IMG/VR virus record: IMGVR_UViG_3300032770_000001
Span: 124,001-188,000 of that record
Strand: one strand, 5' to 3'
Length of the DNA: 64,000 nt
In this document: positions 15,133-23,641 of the stretch, one piece after another
How positions within the stretch are numbered: the first letter of the stretch is position 1
Layout of the letters: each line of letters opens with the position of its first letter
Position numbers and translations under genes: made by a program
The notes under the pieces: model-generated
The model's input: the letters and a program-made list of their open reading frames with translations, nothing else
The model's database searches: none
What the model was told of the DNA's origin: nothing

Positions 15133-15315
15133 ATGGCAGAAACGACCGAACGTTATATCGTGACTCACCACCAGCCATCTGAGTGGTACAACGTTTGGGA
15201 TAAACTGTGGACGACTGATGTCGTAAAAGTCAGCAGTCTCACAGGACGCGGCAAAGAGATTGCCGACAAGATTTGCGCAGACTTGAACGCTCACCCGTTC
15301 CCGCCTGCGGAATGA
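15133..15315 (+). CDS. Small hypothetical protein
   Basis: 60-aa ORF. Confidence 0.55.
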   Translation: MAETTERYIVTHHQPSEWYNVWDKLWTTDVVKVSSLTGRGKEIADKICADLNAHPFPPAE

Positions 15316-15411
15316 GTTTTCGAACTATTAGGATCATTACTGAATGAAGCTCTACGACTACACTCTCGACTTGTTTACCAGCCCCTTCCGGGGCTTGTAA
15401 TACGTGTGTCT

Positions 15412-15488
15412 GGGGCGGTAGCTCAGTCCGGTAGAGCGAGGGCCTGAAAAGCCCTGCGTCGTAGGTTCAAATCCTACCCGTCCCACCA
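15412..15488 (+). tRNA. tRNA-Phe(GAA)
   Basis: GGGGCGG/CCGTCCC acceptor stem, AGGGC-CTGAAAA-GCCCT, ACCA. Confidence 0.95.
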
Positions 15489-15514
15489 AATTTCTCAATC
15501 ACACAATTCAAATT

Positions 15515-16000
15515 TCAAGGGGACGTAGCTGATGTGGTCTTAGCGCGGGCCTGAAAAACCTGAGATGGAGGTTCGATTCCTCTCGTCCCCACCAATTTTC
15601 TTCGCGCCGTAACTTTCCGATGACAATTCGCGCAACGTACCTCGCACTTGGCGATCTCCCGTTTGATGGAGTCTAAACTGTATCCGCTTCTGACCATGAA
15701 ACAAATCTCCAGCCGTTTCTTACCACGAACATGGTCAAAATCAAGGCATACCGGATCAGTCTCCGGGCAGTCCACGCAGCCATGAGTCGCGAGATATGAT
15801 TGGACATACCGTTTGTTCCGTAACCTATCCGCACGCTTTCGAGCCCTGACCTTAGTTGCTCGCGTTTTCGAGTTCGCGTAGTATCCGGTATTGTAGTTGG
15901 ACATACAGGTCTTGCAGTGTGAACGGCGAGTGCCGAGGGTTTTATTCCGGAAATGGAACTCGCCCTCGGCTTTATTCGCATTGCATTTCGTACAAATCAT
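15515..16000 (-). CDS. HNH endonuclease whose 3' end overlaps tRNA-Phe in antisense
   Basis: CVDC...LDFDHVRG...CEVRCANCH; ATG 16000 overlaps the upstream TGA. Confidence 0.85.
   Translation of the reverse strand: MICTKCNANKAEGEFHFRNKTLGTRRSHCKTCMSNYNTGYYANSKTRATKVRARKRADRLRNKRYVQSYLATHGCVDCPETDPVCLDFDHVRGKKRLEICFMVRSGYSLDSIKREIAKCEVRCANCHRKVTARRKLVGTRGIEPPSQVFQARAKTTSATSP
15519..15594 (+). tRNA. tRNA-Phe(GAA), divergent
   Basis: GGGGACG/CGTCCCC acceptor stem, loop CTGAAAA, TTCGATT T-loop, ACCA. Confidence 0.9.
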
Positions 16001-16788
16001 ACAATTGCAGCCACGAAGGGCACCGCAAATCCGCCACGTAGACACTCTAATGCAAGCACGCCTTTGGGGGTCAGGGTGTAACCGTAAATAGGACGGCTGA
16101 TGTCGATGCTGTCGGAAATACGACCCAATGCACCGGGCTCGTCATTCGCTTTTTTCTCGATCCAGCCAATACGTTCGGCTAAACGACGATGGTCTGCCGG
16201 GAGATAAAGCCCCGCAGCCTCGTAGTCCGATTTCGGAATCCCGAAAGAAATGGCTTGCCCTTCGACCTCTTCAAGGACCGCGATCATAATCAGTTCGTGA
16301 AAACGACGTTGAATTGGATTTTTGCGATCATCCTCGCGTTTTAACTGATGGACGAGTGAACGATAAAAAGCACGAAGGTTGACGACACCCGCAGCCGCGT
16401 TAATGCGCTCGCGCATCTCAATGAGAGGCAGTTTGCGCTGTTCTTCTGGTGTCGGTAGAGTTGCTGCGACGTTAGGTAAAACTGAACCGTAACGACGCTC
16501 GTGTTCTTTGAGACGGGTAGCTAGAAGATCGATGGCCTCTTCAAGGACTTGCGGCTTGAAAACTCGCAAATAATCCTTCCAGATCATGACGTGTTCATCG
16601 TCTTGAGGAAATCCGAAGGGTTGGATGATTTTTTCGGTCCAAAGAGCGTCCAAAAGCGGGACGATGATAGCGCAATCAGCTTCGAACTGTTTTGCTTTGT
16701 TGTGGTTGTGGATGTAATTACGGCGGGAATCCGCCAATTGAGGCTCTGGGGTTACCAGAGAAGGATCGTGATACGGTGTTGTAGTCAT
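15997..16788 (-). CDS. Hypothetical protein (263 aa)
   Basis: AGGAG RBS; coupled to the HNH gene. Confidence 0.7.
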   Translation of the reverse strand: MTTTPYHDPSLVTPEPQLADSRRNYIHNHNKAKQFEADCAIIVPLLDALWTEKIIQPFGFPQDDEHVMIWKDYLRVFKPQVLEEAIDLLATRLKEHERRYGSVLPNVAATLPTPEEQRKLPLIEMRERINAAAGVVNLRAFYRSLVHQLKREDDRKNPIQRRFHELIMIAVLEEVEGQAISFGIPKSDYEAAGLYLPADHRRLAERIGWIEKKANDEPGALGRISDSIDISRPIYGYTLTPKGVLALECLRGGFAVPFVAAIV

Positions 16789-16899
16789 TGTGACTATCTC
16801 CTATGGGTGTTTTTTGTTTCGCGATAGTCGGCACCGAGTTGGGTGTCTAGCTATCTACATAAGAGATGCCATAGTCCACCAAATGGTTTCACTTTCGTT

Positions 16900-16983
16900 C
16901 TATTTTTTCACACCGTGTGCGTGTTTGAAGTGGTCGATCAGTAGAAATGCGCTGAACGTCACCAGTACCAGAATGACTGTCAT
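16900..16983 (-). CDS. 27-aa membrane peptide
   Basis: GGAG RBS; MTVILVLVTFSAFLLIDHFKHAHGVKK. Confidence 0.45.
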   Translation of the reverse strand: MTVILVLVTFSAFLLIDHFKHAHGVKK

Positions 16984-17202
16984 GATGGTTTTCTCCACAG
17001 GTACTAAGGCACGTCGCGTGCCACGTCTATCCCCCGTGTTATCAGTAAGTCGTCAACACCACCTGTTGCGATTCTCATCGCTGCTTTTCTCAACCCCAGT
17101 GTTGATGCGATTTTTTGCTGTGGCGAAATTAAGCGGCCATTGATGTATTTCTAAGCATCAAAAATCACAGACTATTCTGCAAAATCGCTGGTATTAAACA
17201 GT

Positions 17203-17907
17203 ATGTCCGATCAGTACCAGCAGGCACCGGAAGTAGTCGATCTCGAATTTCACCGCAGCGCAGCCGACACGTTCTATCGCATGGGCAGCATCGCCCGTGG
17301 AATCAATCCAGCCCGAATCGAACGTATTCAAACTGAAATCGACTTTACCGATCTGGTGGATGACCTAACGGGTAGACGTGGCGAGAAAATCTCTTGCCCA
17401 TTCCACGGCAGGGACAGCACGCCGTCGTTCTTCACTCGTGGTGGTTTCGGTTTCTGCTTCGGCTGTCCACCGGGGCAGCAATATTACGATCAGATTCGTT
17501 TCGTCCAAAAGTTCAACGATATCTCGTGGTTCCAAGCTCTTCGTTGGATCGAGAAGGAATACGAACTTCCTCCGCTGCCGGAATACGCAAGCGAAGAAGA
17601 GATCGAGGACGAGATCACGACGGAAGTTTTCTTGGTCGATCTGGAAGAAGAGTATTTTCGCAAGGCAGCTAAGGATTCACTGCAACATCTTGATCCGGGG
17701 CTTGCCGAAGAGTACGCCCTGATCTATTTCAACGCCCGTGAACAAGACGAAGGGGCCAATGAAGCACGCAAAGCCGGGGAGCACGAAGAAGCGTCCCGCA
17801 TGAAAAACAAAGCGACAACTATGTTGGCGAGAGTATTAGGTCAACAGGTGGTCAATCAGATTCTTGACGATAAAGAAGCGCGGAACGAGAAGTTGTGGCG
17901 AGTGTAA
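17203..17907 (+). CDS. Stand-alone primase zinc-binding (CHC2) domain protein
   Basis: CPFHGRDSTPSF...CFGC...DQIRFVQK...FQALRWI; no TOPRIM domain. Confidence 0.85.
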   Translation: MSDQYQQAPEVVDLEFHRSAADTFYRMGSIARGINPARIERIQTEIDFTDLVDDLTGRRGEKISCPFHGRDSTPSFFTRGGFGFCFGCPPGQQYYDQIRFVQKFNDISWFQALRWIEKEYELPPLPEYASEEEIEDEITTEVFLVDLEEEYFRKAAKDSLQHLDPGLAEEYALIYFNAREQDEGANEARKAGEHEEASRMKNKATTMLARVLGQQVVNQILDDKEARNEKLWRV

Positions 17908-20900
17908 TGGACTTTGAAATCGACAACATCGACGACGAACCAATAGAGGAAATTGCCGAGGAAGAAGTTGCGGACGAGCAGGTAATCTCCGAAACTATCG
18001 CCTCCCTCCCTATTGCGGAACCGGAACAGCAATCATTGCTCAATGACATCGTTGTGCCGAAGAAGACCCGCAAGCGCAAGCCGAAGACCGAGACTGCGGA
18101 CGGTGAGGTCGTCGTTACCAAGCGCACCAAGAAAACCAAGAAGGTCAAAGAACCGTCCGACCTGCGCTACATCTTCCGTAAGGCAATGAAAGCTCTCGAC
18201 ATCGAGAAGCTCAAAAAGCCGTGGATGGCTGAGAAAGCTTTCCGCCTGCTCGACACGGAAGAAGCTCTGGAACGTTGGGTGGACGGCATCCTGTCCGACA
18301 CATCCCGACACTACACTTACGGCAATGAAACCTGCCCCGTCATCGCAGTTGACACCGAGACGATGGGTCTGGATACGCGCATTCTCGTGGACATCCAGCA
18401 GCGTCCGGATGGTGGTTACGATCTCATTTACGAAGTCAAGATCGAGATTGCAGGCATCTGTCTTTCCCCGGATGGGGTTGAAGGCATTTACATTCCGATC
18501 AATCACGAGAAAGGTAATAACGTTTCTCGCGAGGCTGTTCGTCGCATTCTGCAAAAGCTGTTTGACCGCAGCCATCTGGTATTCTACAACGCCAAGTTCG
18601 ACCGCGAAGTTCTACGCCTGTGCTGCGGCATCAATCTGCGTGGCTACCCGCACTTCGAAGATGTGCAATCCCTTGCTTTCATCAATGACCCGAAAGCGGA
18701 CCTCGGCGATAAGAAGCAGAAATACACTGGATCGAGCGGCGGCTTGAAAGCCCTCTCGAAGAACGTTCTGCGCGATTCTAATGGCAATCCGATTGAGCAG
18801 ATCGAACTGGAAGAGATCGGTCGTTTCAAAGCATCATGGTGCCCAATAACGCAACAATCTTTCTGCACCTGTACGCCTGAAGAAAGAAAAGCGGCTTCCG
18901 ATCAGGGCAAGAAGCACTCTCACGTCAATCAGTACGTTCCGTTTGTATGGGTTCCGACTAATGTGGCGTTATGGTACGCCGCTGGTGACGCTATCTGCAC
19001 GTGGCTGCTCTGGGATAAGATGAAAGACCTCGCCCGGAGCCGCCGTCTACCGCACCGCATTGACCACGAACTGGTGGACTCGTTGGTATTCGTCGAGCGT
19101 CAACGTTTCCTGATCGATGTGGATCGCCACACCCGGACATCGAATTGGCATACTCGCCTGCTCGATGGGCTCAACGCCAAATTGCGTGAACTGGCTTTGG
19201 AAGCTGGTTACCCCGAAATTAAAACGGACGAGGGCGTCGTTCTCGACGATGACAAGTTCAATCCAGATAGTCCGCCTCAGGTCGGCAAACTTCTCTACAC
19301 GATCAAGAAGTATGAAGCCACGCATTTCAGCAAGAAGACTGGCAACGCCTCTTGCGATGCGGATGCCATCGATGATTTGTTGAAGGAACATCCGGAGGAT
19401 GAATTCCTCAAAACCTACGTCAAGTACAAAGGCTACTCGGCCCTGCACCCGTCAAATTTGCGCTATGATCCGAAGGACAACTCTGCTCGTATTCACCTGC
19501 GGCAGTCTACGGTCGCTGGCGGTCGTCTATCGGCGTCAGGCGGCAAGTTCGAAGAGGATGGCGGATTCGGTCTCAACCCTCAGGGCGTCAAGAAGGTTGA
19601 GCCCGGTAAGATGTGGCGTGTCATGGGTCAGATTCTTAAACCGGATTCTATTCCGGTGGAAGAGATCGAAGCGCATGAAGAGAGCGAACTGCACCCATCA
19701 TGCTTCTTTGAGGATAAAGAGCACAACAAGAAGAAAGCTCCCGGCATCATCAACAACCATATCGGGCTCTACACGGGCTACGCGATCTGTCTGGTGCCGA
19801 CCTGCACCACCTGTAAGGAAAAGTTCGGCATTCTCATCAAAGACGGGTTCATGGATGCCAACCAGACCGTCAATCTGCGCTGCCTGTTCATAGCGCCTCC
19901 GGGTTGGACATTCTTCTCGGTTGACTACTCCAACATCGAAATGCGTGCCGCCGCGAACTGCTCCGGTGAACCCGCATTCATCAAGGAATTCCTTGAGGGC
20001 GAGGGCGACTTCCACAGCTTAACCGCATCAAAGGTCTTCCCCGAATTTAACGATCCAAGCACGCCTCCGGGCAAGAAAAAAGCTCTCCGCGATCTGGCTA
20101 AGATCATCAACTTCGCCTTGCTGTACGGCGGCACATCGCACGCGATCTATCTGAACATGAAGGAAGTCGATCCCAACATCACCAAAGAAGATTGCGAGAA
20201 GATGGTGAACAAATATTGGGAAGGCGTGCCTAAGTTCGCTGAGTTCGTAAACGCGAAACAGTACAAAGCTCGCACCGAATTCATCTGCGAAACCAGCACG
20301 GGCCGCGTCATTAGCTTCCTGTCGGCTATGGAGGCTTTACGCATCCATGCTCCGACCGCCGAAGAAAAGCAAAACCTCTACAACTACTACGGCATACGTC
20401 GTGAGGCTGAGACCGCCAAAGCACGGCATGACATGGAAGCTTACGATGAACTCCGTGGCAAGATGGACGCCTTGTGGAAGGATGCAGACTCAGGCGTGCG
20501 CAATGCCATGGAGTACAACAAGTTCGTCGGCAAGATTCAACGTGTCGCCGTCAATGCTCCGATTCAGGGTCTCTGCGGTGATTTCATGCGTATCGCCCTG
20601 AACCGCCTGCGCATGTGGGTGGAGAACGATCCGGAAATCTCTTCGATCTTCCGCCTGCACACGTCGGTACACGATGAAGTTGACTTCTCAGTGAAGAACG
20701 AGTACATCCCGTTCATTCTGCCGCGTGTCACCCGCCTCATGAAGCTGCGTAAGTACCACACGCAGATGAACTGGATGGTGCCGATTGAGTGCGATGCTGA
20801 GTACGGACGTTCGTGGGATGTTGACTGGAACACAACTGACCCGAAGAAGCCAGCCGCATGGACGCACGTGGATGGCATGGAGAACTACATTCCGGATGAA

Positions 20901-22346
20901 TTTGATCCGGCATCGGTCATGCGCCTCATCAAAGCGATCACGTCATTCGAACCCGCCCGTGTGGATAAGGTCAAGAACTGGCTTAAGGACAGCATCCACG
21001 CCCGTGCATACGAATGTGTCAAAGCTCTCGATAAAGCCTTGGAGAAGAAGGACACCAAGGAAGTAACTCGCGTGCTCATTGCTATGCTCCAGTTGCATGA
21101 ATACTGGACAATCGATCATACGCCGGATGGCAAGGAATTCGACGCTTCGCTGGAGAAGCTCGAAGCTTACGAGGCCCGTATGGGTCTGAGCAAAGCGGAT
21201 CGTGGCATCAAGCCGGAGTTCGGCTATCTCGGTGCGATCCCATTAGAGTGCAATGTCATTCGCCCGAAGATCGAAATTCTTGGCGAAGAAGTAGTACCGG
21301 AGCAAGCGCAGATCGTTGTGTCGGAAACCGAGATCAACGCAACCAATCCAGAAACGCAGACACAGCAGACCATCACGCTCATGGTTGAAGATCAACAGCC
21401 TGAGGTCTTGGCTGAGAGCCCCGCAGATGTGGTGACCGTGGCCTACGATGCGGATTATGACGAGCCGAACGTGGTTTCACATGAAAAAGTTGTCGAACGC
21501 CCGTTGCGGGAAGTGCCTAAAGCGGGGATTCGATATCTGGCAAGTAAGCTTCCGGCATTTCCTGAAGCCCCGCACAAGGACGATAAACAAGCCTACGTCG
21601 ATTGGGGCGTCGAAGTAGAACGGTTGTTTAAGAATGAGATCGCGCCACACATTGGGCTCACAGTCAAATTCAACGCGGAAAAGAAAACCAATGTCGGGGC
21701 AATCGATTTTGTTATCGACCATTCCTACCTCGCTGATTTGAAATATCAAGGCAAGCCGTTTTTCTCATGCTGCTTGAAGAACCCGAAACACGATTTGAAC
21801 CCGCAAACCACGGTTAGCTACAACTATGACGACACCAAATACGCCGATGACGTGTGGGTGATTTTCTTGGTCAATTGGGAGATTCTGAAGGGATCAGACG
21901 TTCCCGGTTATGATTACGCCGGAGCACCGTGGCAGCGAGTTTTCGTTAATCCAATGGGCGGTGTGTGGCGTATCAAAGTTTCTGACATTAAAAAGTTCAT
22001 CGCCGAGGGCATGGCTCCGCTTCATGAGTATGACCGCGAATTGGACGCCAACGGCATGATGAATGAGAGTCACAGCTATTTGCTCGATCTGTCATGGCCG
22101 GGATTCGAGCAAATTGCATGGTTCGATTACGAATCTACGTCAGAACCTATCGAGCCGAAAATATACCCGATTCAGGACTCAATCATCGGCAATCAGGAGT
22201 TAAAAACCCGTCTTCAGACGGCATTAGGAACCGGACCGCACACAGTTACAGTCAGCATCCTTGGAAAGCAGTATCAATTAACAGGGAAGGCTTTGGATTA
22301 CGTGCCGGACGAGTTCTTGAAACATGAGGAGCTTGTCCATGCTTAA
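17907..22346 (+). CDS. polA: Family A DNA polymerase with 3'-5' exonuclease and a long C-terminal extension
   Basis: DTET, YNAKFD, YAAGD; DYSNIEMR, KIINFALLYG, VHDE. Confidence 0.95.
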   Translation: MDFEIDNIDDEPIEEIAEEEVADEQVISETIASLPIAEPEQQSLLNDIVVPKKTRKRKPKTETADGEVVVTKRTKKTKKVKEPSDLRYIFRKAMKALDIEKLKKPWMAEKAFRLLDTEEALERWVDGILSDTSRHYTYGNETCPVIAVDTETMGLDTRILVDIQQRPDGGYDLIYEVKIEIAGICLSPDGVEGIYIPINHEKGNNVSREAVRRILQKLFDRSHLVFYNAKFDREVLRLCCGINLRGYPHFEDVQSLAFINDPKADLGDKKQKYTGSSGGLKALSKNVLRDSNGNPIEQIELEEIGRFKASWCPITQQSFCTCTPEERKAASDQGKKHSHVNQYVPFVWVPTNVALWYAAGDAICTWLLWDKMKDLARSRRLPHRIDHELVDSLVFVERQRFLIDVDRHTRTSNWHTRLLDGLNAKLRELALEAGYPEIKTDEGVVLDDDKFNPDSPPQVGKLLYTIKKYEATHFSKKTGNASCDADAIDDLLKEHPEDEFLKTYVKYKGYSALHPSNLRYDPKDNSARIHLRQSTVAGGRLSASGGKFEEDGGFGLNPQGVKKVEPGKMWRVMGQILKPDSIPVEEIEAHEESELHPSCFFEDKEHNKKKAPGIINNHIGLYTGYAICLVPTCTTCKEKFGILIKDGFMDANQTVNLRCLFIAPPGWTFFSVDYSNIEMRAAANCSGEPAFIKEFLEGEGDFHSLTASKVFPEFNDPSTPPGKKKALRDLAKIINFALLYGGTSHAIYLNMKEVDPNITKEDCEKMVNKYWEGVPKFAEFVNAKQYKARTEFICETSTGRVISFLSAMEALRIHAPTAEEKQNLYNYYGIRREAETAKARHDMEAYDELRGKMDALWKDADSGVRNAMEYNKFVGKIQRVAVNAPIQGLCGDFMRIALNRLRMWVENDPEISSIFRLHTSVHDEVDFSVKNEYIPFILPRVTRLMKLRKYHTQMNWMVPIECDAEYGRSWDVDWNTTDPKKPAAWTHVDGMENYIPDEFDPASVMRLIKAITSFEPARVDKVKNWLKDSIHARAYECVKALDKALEKKDTKEVTRVLIAMLQLHEYWTIDHTPDGKEFDASLEKLEAYEARMGLSKADRGIKPEFGYLGAIPLECNVIRPKIEILGEEVVPEQAQIVVSETEINATNPETQTQQTITLMVEDQQPEVLAESPADVVTVAYDADYDEPNVVSHEKVVERPLREVPKAGIRYLASKLPAFPEAPHKDDKQAYVDWGVEVERLFKNEIAPHIGLTVKFNAEKKTNVGAIDFVIDHSYLADLKYQGKPFFSCCLKNPKHDLNPQTTVSYNYDDTKYADDVWVIFLVNWEILKGSDVPGYDYAGAPWQRVFVNPMGGVWRIKVSDIKKFIAEGMAPLHEYDRELDANGMMNESHSYLLDLSWPGFEQIAWFDYESTSEPIEPKIYPIQDSIIGNQELKTRLQTALGTGPHTVTVSILGKQYQLTGKALDYVPDEFLKHEELVHA

Positions 22347-22782
22347 GGCTTTCGCTGTGAACGTGAAGGACTCGCCGTTCCCGTATCGCACGATCTATCA
22401 CGAGACGATTGGAAAAGCGAAGTACCAATTTTGGACGGACATCCGCGAGCCGTACCCGGACATAAAGTACACGGATATAACGGGTTACCGGATCAAGGAC
22501 GCGAGCGATGATCGCATTCATCGTGAATTCGCACGTACAGCAACCTATAGAGGAGTCCCCTTCGCAAAGATCGGGATGACCGTTGAAGTAGATGGAGTGA
22601 AAGGTGAAATCACCGGGAAAAATTCCGCCGCAAACTTTGATATCCTCTTCCTCGAAGGCGATTTCAAAGGGCAAATCCTCAACTGCCATCCCAACTGGCG
22701 GGTCAGATACTTCGACGAAAACGGCTCCGTCATTAAAGAATTTCAAGATGGCGAAGACGCGCAAGAAAAAGTCCAAGAGTGA
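22324..22782 (+). CDS. Hypothetical protein
   Basis: 152-aa ORF tiling between polA and the next gene. Confidence 0.65.
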   Translation: MRSLSMLKAFAVNVKDSPFPYRTIYHETIGKAKYQFWTDIREPYPDIKYTDITGYRIKDASDDRIHREFARTATYRGVPFAKIGMTVEVDGVKGEITGKNSAANFDILFLEGDFKGQILNCHPNWRVRYFDENGSVIKEFQDGEDAQEKVQE

Positions 22783-23599
22783 TCCCAAGTTCATCTCCTG
22801 TCCCAAATGTGGCGGACCAATCGATTATTTCAACACCTGCCGAAACTGCGGTCGCGGGTGGACGCCTGAGCTAAGCGAGGCCGAAAAGCTCGAACTCGAA
22901 GAAGAGCGGAAGCAAGCTGAAGAGCGCGGCGAGGAGCCGGAAACCGACATCATCGCCGGAGTAGCCATGTCCGCAAATATTCTTGGCGAAGAAGTGCGTA
23001 AGGTCGGCACTCCTAAGTACAGCCGCCTGCCGCAGACCTACAAAGACTGGCAGATCGCCGATACTGACAACGATTTCGAGATTTCGCGTAAGCGATCTTT
23101 GATGCGGCTGGACAACCGCAAAATCTATAACGCCATGGGGTTAGCTGTTCGTGCGCATGAAAATCAGCGCATGGTGCTGCTAACGCTTTCTCGTTTATAC
23201 GAGTTTCTGGATGAGAAAGAACGTTCCGGATTCCAAGCCACGGCTGAGACGCTCAAGCGTGCAATGGCCGAACTGACCAAACTCCGTGGCGAGAAAATCG
23301 CGGCTGCGGCTGAGATGGAACGGGCGATGGCGGAAGAATTTCAGGCAGCGCGGCACGCCCGATTGAGCCGCGTTCCGGAGACTAAGAAGAAAAAGTCGCA
23401 CGGCAAGTTCAGCGGCGTGGTGATGGGTGGTTTGACTAAGGTCACCGATCCCGGAGCCGACACGGAAGGTTTTGAAACGGCGGTTCCGGTTGAATTGAGT
23501 CCGGAAGAGTTGATGGAGCAGGTGAAAGATCGGCTGGCGCTGCGGAGCAAGGAAACCCCGCAGAAAGAAGAACTTGACGAGGAAAAGTTCGAAGAGTAA
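22748..23599 (+). CDS. Zn-ribbon and coiled-coil protein upstream of the portal
   Basis: CPKC...CRNC; helical charged core. Confidence 0.75.
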   Translation: MAKTRKKKSKSDPKFISCPKCGGPIDYFNTCRNCGRGWTPELSEAEKLELEEERKQAEERGEEPETDIIAGVAMSANILGEEVRKVGTPKYSRLPQTYKDWQIADTDNDFEISRKRSLMRLDNRKIYNAMGLAVRAHENQRMVLLTLSRLYEFLDEKERSGFQATAETLKRAMAELTKLRGEKIAAAAEMERAMAEEFQAARHARLSRVPETKKKKSHGKFSGVVMGGLTKVTDPGADTEGFETAVPVELSPEELMEQVKDRLALRSKETPQKEELDEEKFEE

Positions 23600-23641
23600 A
23601 CGATAAAACCAGCTTTTTGAGTGCTTTAACAGAGGCAAGTA

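Noticed and set aside
16790-17200. Replication origin upstream of the primase ZBD and polA
   Set aside because: Only short imperfect inverted repeats, no iterons; part of it is explained by a small ORF and divergent promoters.
17907-22346. Intein or intron in polA
   Set aside because: No C/S...HN-C/S/T splice pattern or LAGLIDADG block was seen, and the frame is continuous.
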